DNA of 62,401 nucleotides, filler included, from Chrysochromulina tobinii (lineage: Eukaryota), in the NCBI GenBank assembly GCA_001275005.1. It is 5 parts of 5 records of this genome, joined end to end, with 100 filler letters (N's around TTAATTAATTAA, not from the genome) between each part and the next. Parts side by side here need not be neighbours in the genome. Positions count along the whole stretch, not along the records: positions 51,706 to 62,401 come from JWZX01001059.1; 4 more parts are not named here. One strand, 5' to 3'. Positions 56,223-62,401 of this stretch are shown piece after piece. The notes under the pieces were generated by a model. That model was not told the origin of the DNA. It did no database searches and was given only the letters and a program-made list of their open reading frames with translations. Position 1 is the first letter of the stretch. Every line of letters starts with the position of its first letter. The translations under genes were made by a program, and so were the position numbers.

Positions 56223-59200
56223 CTAGGCCTGTCGTAGCTCGATGGGCAGATCCACAGCGTCGGCGCCGGTCCGCAGCAGGAACCGATCGAGCATGCGCCA
56301 GCGAGCGCGCGTGGTGTTGGTGTGCGCGTGCGCCCAGAGTTGCAGCCGGTGGCGGCGCTGATCCAGGTCAATCGTGCGCAGCTGGGCCTCCAGATCATCG
56401 AGAGAGTCGAACTGGACGAAACACGCGTCGTTGGCGGCGCTGTACCATTCGGTCGCGCCGAGCATGGCCTCGGTGAGTTCCTCGGTGCCCGCGCCCGTCG
56501 TGACGAAATCGTGCCTCGTCGACTGGAAGAAGAGGCCACGTGTCTGGTACAGGTGGACGAGCAGCCGCGGCGTGGGGATGAATGTGATCAGCCCCGCCTG
56601 CGCGTGCTCGAAGAGGGCAAAGGTTGTGGGCGCGTACGGCACGTGGACCACCGCACGGAAGGTGCGCACCGCCTTCGGCCCTCCCCATTGCTGCATCGCA
56701 TCAGGCCATACGCCGGACGTCCAGACCGGAAGACCACGCGCTGCGAGCGCCGCTGCAAGGCCCAGGCGCGCCTCGTTGACCTTTGGCAGCACAAAGAGGC
56801 TCGCCGGACGGTCGACGGACGCAGGCACCGGGTCGTGGGGGGCGGGTTCGTCAGGACTCATGAGGCCAATGGGACGGAGTACGGCGGGGGAGGGAAAGTC
56901 GACGGCGCGCACGTGCGTGGCGTACCACCACTCAAAGTGAGTGGAGGAGACAACGGTGACGGCGGCGGAGTCACGCACCGACCGGACGGCAGCGTACCAT
57001 GCCACGTCGCCCACCGCGCCGTAATCAAACCTGTTGCATACCCAGAGCAGCAGCTTAGGGCGCCGCGCCGGCGGCGGCGTGTCAGAAGGGCTGGCGCCTG
57101 CGGCCGCCGCTCCGGACGACGTCTGCGGCCAGCCCGCATCGAGTAACGGCCACGCGAGCGGCGCCGTGTCGCCCACGATGACCAGGTCATAAGGCGCGAG
57201 CCGGGCCGCCCATTGATTTCGGCGCCACAGGCACTGGGCACGCCCTTGGTCGAAGCGGTATCTGGAGGAGGGCTGTTGATGCTCCGACCCACCGCCGCCG
57301 CCGCCTTGTCCAGCGTCGCCACCCTCGCTGCCACCATTGGTGCCACCCTCGCTGCCACCATTGGTGCGGCCCTCGTCGCCCTGGCGCCGCCTCCCCTCGA
57401 GGCCGCGCGCCACACAGCCAGCCAGCCAGCCCTCTTCGTCGAGGTCAGGCGTGCTCAGGATCCACCCAAGCTCCTGCGCTGCCCAGCGCACGCTCGCCGC
57501 CACCCCGCCGTGAAAGGTGAGCAGGAGCACGCGGGGCGGAGAGAGCGGCACGTGAGGCAGCGCATGCGGCGTCGTGTCGGGCGCGTGAGGCAGCGCAGGC
57601 GAGGACGGCGGCGAGGCGGCGAGCGAGCGCTCGGCGGCAAGACGGCGGTCGCGCGCGGCGGCGTGGGAAGAGGATGCCGCCCGCGACGACGCCTGATCGA
57701 TCTCGGGCACGGAGGCCGTTGCCCGTCGCGGCGCCTCAGCCTTTCGCGCCCGCGCCGTCCCGAGCGGCCTTCGCAGCCTGCGCGCCTCCGTCTCCGCCGC
57801 CAGGGCCAGCGCCGGGTGCGCCGGGCACGGCATGGCGCGTGTGAAGGCGTCGCGGGCCTCGGCTAAGCGGCCGGTGCCTTTGAGGGCTTGGGCGTGCCAG
57901 TACTCGAGTGCACAGGCTTCTCGCCTCGTAGGCTCCTCATCCGAGACTGCAGCCGCGTCCTTGGCACGTAGCTCTGCGGCTTCGAGCACGTCCCCCGCCC
58001 CCGCGCTCACGCCATCGCCTCCACTGGCACTGGCGCCGTCGCCCTGATCGGCCAGCAGGAGGAGCTCTCGGCCGCGCTCGGTGGCGGCGAGCGCCTTCTC
58101 AGGCTCCTTCTTTCGTAGGTGCAGCGCCGCCGCCTCCCGAAGCAAGGCGAGGGCGTACGGCCGGTTGCCCACGGTGGCCTGTGTGCGCCCCATCTGCTCA
58201 TAGAGAGAGCCGTTACGCGGGTCGCGCGCATGCAAGAGGTCGTACACCGTGAGGAGCACCTTGTACGCATGCAAGTTGGTGTACACGCACGTGAGGCTCG
58301 TATTGAACGCCTCGATGGCGCCGCCCACGTCGTCGCGCCCGATGGCAAGGTAGCCTTTGGACTTGTGCACGTCGCAAAAGAGTGGATCAATCTCTTCGGA
58401 GGCCGCGCAGTGCACCGCCGCCTCGTCAAACCGGCGCTGCTGCGTGCGCAGCGTGCACATCTGCTGATGCAGCTTGGCCGAGCGCGGGCATGCGAGGATG
58501 GCGGCCTCGAAGGCGGTCTCGTCCGTGCGCCAGTCAAGGGTGCGACGGAGCGTCCGAGCCGCCAGCGCTCCGATGATGAGCCCAATTAGGGGCGCCCCCG
58601 AGCGGCCCCACATGGCGCGTCGCACGCGCTCGAGGCGGGTGAAAGGGGCGGCGGGGGAGGCGGGGGGGCGGCGGCGGGGGGGCGGCGGAGGGGGGGGCGG
58701 AGGGGGAGGCGCGGCGGCGGCGGGAGCGGAGCGCCGTCGGACGGAGTGCGTTAACGAGGAGCAGTACTGCTCCAACGGAGGGCAGGTAGAGCGTCCGCTC
58801 GGCGACTAGGGTGCCGAGCCGGAGCGGAACGTGCGAGATGGGCACCCAAGGCATCAGCAGCCACGCGGCGGCGACGAGTGTGTGGCGCGCATGGACCTGG
58901 AAGCACGCTCGCCAGAGCAAAGAGCCCACACCCAAGAGGGCGCCCGTCACGAGCAGCACGGGCACGGCATTGGACAACTCGACGAGACTTGCCTCGTCCG
59001 CCATCGGCACGCAGTCGAACGAGTACTCGATCGAGAGGGTCGCGGGCCAGAGGAGCAGCCGCACGTACTCGAGTTGCACTCGACACACCGAGAGCGCCCA
59101 CGCGAGCCGCCCGGGAACGAAGGCGAGTGGGTTCTCGGCTCGCCGTATCAGTCCCGAGGTGGCGAGCGAGGCGGCGGCAAAGGAGACGGGCGCGCCGGGA

Positions 59201-59985
59201 GGGCGCATCAGGTGGAGCCGCAAGGCCGCATAGCCGACAGCGCACGCACCGAGCACGCACGAGCGCCCGATAGTACCCAGCAGCCCATGCCGCAGCCCTC
59301 GCGCTGGAAGCACCACCGCAATTTCATGTGCGCCGAGGACGCCGAGGAGCGTCACGCCCGTCTCCTTGCATAGCACCGCCACGGCGAAGCACGCGACCAC
59401 GCCGAGCGCGAGGGCGAGCGCAGGCGTCGGTGCGGAGGCGCGCCCGAGGGCGGCGTAGGCGCGCGCGCCGCCAAAGCACGCGAGTGCGCAGAGCAGCTCC
59501 GCGCGGCCGACGACGCCAGTGACCGCCTCGACGTGGACGGGATGGACGGCAAAGAGCAGACCGGAGAGCAGCGCGACGCGGGCGCGCCCGCGCCGCGCGG
59601 GCCACGCGAACGCCGCGAGCGTGGACACACATGCCGTCACGGCCGCGTGCAACATGGCGTTGGTCGCGTGGAAGGGCGTCGCATTGAGATCTCGACTGGC
59701 TCGCCCGGCGCGTGGCGTGCCGCCACTGCTGAGCCACGTGTGCGCGCGGAAGCTCAGTATCGTGAGCGGCCGGTACGATTTGTGAGAGTCCTCCTTGACG
59801 AGCGGCTTGCCCCAGAAGTCGTGCACGAAAAGCTCGGAGACGGGAGTGTGCAGCTGCAAGTCGGCGTTGTCGAGGATGGCGAGGCGGTCGTCGAAGACGA
59901 AGCCGCACGCGAGCGAGGAGGCGTACGCCGCGAGCGCCACGAGCGTGCTGAATAGCACGGCGACCGAGTAAGGGAATGGCGGCAT
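56223..59985 (-). CDS. TMTC: TMTC-type protein O-mannosyltransferase (DUF1736 + TPR) with extra C-terminal glycosyltransferase-like domain; apparent frameshift near 58650-58720
   Basis: FVFDD, HDFWG..SHKSYRPLT, LFAVHPVHVEAVTGVVGRAELL, LCKETG, ENP, LVAERTLYLPSVG, RTLDW motifs and TPRs; ORFs 58534-59985 and 56223-58775 overlap across G-runs. Confidence 0.88.
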
Positions 59986-60366
59986 GGTGATCTTTGGGCT
60001 CTTTTGTTAACAGTGAAACAGGACACAGTGAAGACCAGCAACCAAATCTCAGATACGCGCTGGGGAGCGTTAAGCGGGTTGAGGTTAGAGCAACCGGTGA
60101 TCTGCGAGCCCACCCTCGAGGAGTGGGGCACAGGCCGGCGCTCCCCGCGTATCGAAGACTGGTTACAGATACCCCTCCGTGGCAAGTAGCATGTCGACTC
60201 AGGCGCAGTGGGCGTGGGAGAGGGGACGCGCGCCGCGCGGCGGGCAGTGTGCCAAGGATCGCGCGACGGCTCGAGGGAAAAAAATAAACCTCATCATCGC
60301 CGTGGCTCGTGCCGGCGAAGGGCAACAAATCCCTCGTCCCTCGCCGATGGTGCCCAGTTGGCACAC

Positions 60367-60977
60367 AAAAAAAGAAAAGGGCAGGTTCGGAGTTGGGGCG
60401 GGGCTTCGAGGTCAAATCCCCGATCGGTCGCCGATCTTCAGGAGACCGGGCGGACCGAGTAAAGCTCCGCTCGCTTATCGTCCTACGTCCTCCCTGCCCA
60501 ACCCCCCGGGCCAGGTGAAAAAAGAAAAAGAAAAGGGTAGGTTCGGAGTCGGGGCGGAGCTTCGAGGTCAGGTCCTCGATCGGCCGCCGATCCTCAGGGG
60601 ATCAGTCGGACCGAGTAAAGCTCCGCTCGCTGACCGTCCTACGTCCTCCCTGCCCAACCCCCCGGGCCAGGTGAAAAAGAAAGAAAAGGGTAGGTTCGGA
60701 GTTGGGGCGGAGCTTCGAGGTCAGATCCTCGATCGGCCGCCGATCCGCAGGGGATCAGTCGGACCGAGTAAAGCTCCGCTCGCTTATCGTCCTACGTCCT
60801 CCCTGCCCAACCCCCCGGGCCAGGTGAGAAAAAAGAAGAAAAGGGTAGGTTCGGAGTTGGGGCGGAGCTTCGAGGTCAGGTCCTCGATCGGCCGCCGATC
60901 CGCAGGGGATCAGTCGGGCCGAGTAAAGCTCCGCTCGCTTATCGTCCTACGTCCTCCCTGCCCAACCCCCCGGGCCA
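60367..60977 (+). repeat. Four-copy tandem array of a 139-bp self-complementary unit separated by A-rich linkers
   Basis: Cores start at 60379, 60535, 60688 and 60843 (periods 156/153/155). Confidence 0.95.
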
Positions 60978-61190
60978 TGTTAATACACTCACACACGTAA
61001 GGAGGACAGCTGTGAAGACAATACAGTCGTTCACACTGCCGCTTCCCTCTCTTCCCTATGGGTCGCCTCACTAGTCCCGCACTCACGCTCAGGTTCAGAG
61101 TCTTGGCCATTTCATTCACAACACACCAACACGCACAAAACTTTTCACAGCCATGGATATTTTTCACACCCTCGGAGCTAGGTCGAAGCA

Positions 61191-62144
61191 ATGGAAGCAG
61201 CATGGGCCAAGGCCGACCGCGAGGCGGAGAATCACAAGGCCAAGATGGCCGCCAAGGAGGAGGCGCGCGCCAACCGAGAGATGCTGCTGCAGCCGGCAGC
61301 AAAGAAGCCCAAGCACGAGAGGAAGGTCCACTCCACTGCAGAGCAACGGCAGCGCAGGATGCGTGCACCTCTCCCTGGCGAGGACGCTGACAACGAGCCG
61401 GTGCAGCAGCTGCGCGTCTTCAAGGACGATGGCTCGGACGTGACGTACGCAAGGGCCGTCGTCGAGATAGTCTCCTTCCTGCAAGACTATGATCAGGAGG
61501 CGACCCAGGAGGAGGTGCGGCGCGCGCTGGGCATCGACCTGCTGCAGCAGGACGGCATGCTGCTCGACGAGCTCGAGCACCACCCACGGATCGAGCGCAT
61601 CGCCGATCCCACCAGCGACCGGCTGCGTTACAAGCCGCCCTACGGCGTACGCAATCGTGGCATGCTCGTGCACGTGCTCACGAACGCGCAGCCACACGCG
61701 AAAGATTTGGAGCCGGACGCTCTGCGCCCGGTGCTGCGCTCGGAGCTCAATCCTGACGAGACGTATGCAGGCGTGGACGTCGACGTGGACGAGCTTCTCG
61801 CCGAGGGGCGCGTCGCGCGCGTCGAGCCGTCGGACAAGAGGCACACCGACTTCCTGCTGTTCGCGATGCCGCCGGGCCGGCCAGCCATCGAGGAGGTGCG
61901 CGCTCTCTGGCGGAAGGAGCGCGTGCCGCAGGGGACCCAGCTACAGGAGGAGCTGCTCAAGCGCAATCTGCGCAGCAAGGATGAGCTCGCCAAGCGTAAG
62001 GAGCGTAAGGCGGCCGAACTCAAGGCTGCGAAGGAGCGGGCCGACGCCGAGAAGGGCAAGAAGGACCGTACCGGCTCCATCCGCACCTGGAAGAATACTC
62101 ACCTGGGCACGTCCGACGAGCTGAGCGAGATGTTCAGACGGTGA
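61191..62144 (+). CDS. GTF2E2: Transcription initiation factor TFIIE beta subunit (Tfa2)-like
   Basis: Winged-helix-like region, LRYKPPYGVRN, ETYAGVDVDVDELLAEGRV, EVRALW..VP, C-terminal NTHL motif. Confidence 0.72.
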   Translation: MEAAWAKADREAENHKAKMAAKEEARANREMLLQPAAKKPKHERKVHSTAEQRQRRMRAPLPGEDADNEPVQQLRVFKDDGSDVTYARAVVEIVSFLQDYDQEATQEEVRRALGIDLLQQDGMLLDELEHHPRIERIADPTSDRLRYKPPYGVRNRGMLVHVLTNAQPHAKDLEPDALRPVLRSELNPDETYAGVDVDVDELLAEGRVARVEPSDKRHTDFLLFAMPPGRPAIEEVRALWRKERVPQGTQLQEELLKRNLRSKDELAKRKERKAAELKAAKERADAEKGKKDRTGSIRTWKNTHLGTSDELSEMFRR

Positions 62145-62401
62145 GTGTACAGGTCGTGTATTTTAACCATGATGATCTCGAAAAACACTATTAGGGTAGC
62201 GGCAAGGGTCACTCTCGATATCGTACGCCCCGCCGCGCCACCGCGGCGCCATGCACGGCGCACGGGGATGCTCGCCGTGTTTTGCCGTTTTCCGGTTCCG
62301 CCGAAATTGTGGTTGACGATGATCTGGCCTCCCATAATGTCAGTCTGCGAGCGTGCGGCGCGGGCAGTGGTCAGCTTGTACGCCATCTTCACGATGGAGA
62401 C

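Noticed and set aside
58650..58720. Programmed frameshift or pseudogenisation of TMTC
   Set aside because: Shift falls in long G/C homopolymer runs and both halves are otherwise intact; sequencing error is most likely
60367..60977. CRISPR array, 5S rRNA, U1 or SRP RNA; 273-aa ORF 60179-61000
   Set aside because: No unique spacers; only short chance similarities to those RNAs; the ORF is a by-product of the repeat and unit lengths are not all multiples of 3

Overview
GC-rich, intron-containing eukaryotic genomic DNA. The gene content (including a bipartite plastid-targeting presequence) and composition suggest a haptophyte-like alga; this is inference, not a database match. The window is five contigs joined by artificial 100-nt linkers (N44-TTAATTAATTAA-N44), so neighbourhood across linkers is meaningless. 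Recognisable genes are: a CAF-1 large-subunit (CHAF1A-like) protein with extra KHA/DCX-like, MBD-like, chromo and PWWP domains; ODR4; a tropomodulin-type LRR plus Sfi1-like repeat protein; a TLC-domain protein; a HET-like/LRR protein; EF-hand proteins; an MBOAT acyltransferase; a plastid-targeted Uup-like ABC-F ATPase with 8 introns; a beta-carbonic anhydrase with a degenerate domain; a double-PHD protein; a TMTC O-mannosyltransferase with an extra C-terminal GT-like domain; and TFIIE-beta. The most striking pattern is a family of about 16 introns built from 10-bp tandem repeats (TGATGACCTC / TGATTGCCAC and variants). They often carry an 11-29 bp duplicate of the adjacent exon that supplies the splice site, and the same insert occurs outside coding sequence with a perfect 27-bp flanking duplication. 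This points to a candidate intron-generating mechanism. A 4-copy structured ~155-bp array also lies between TMTC and TFIIE-beta.
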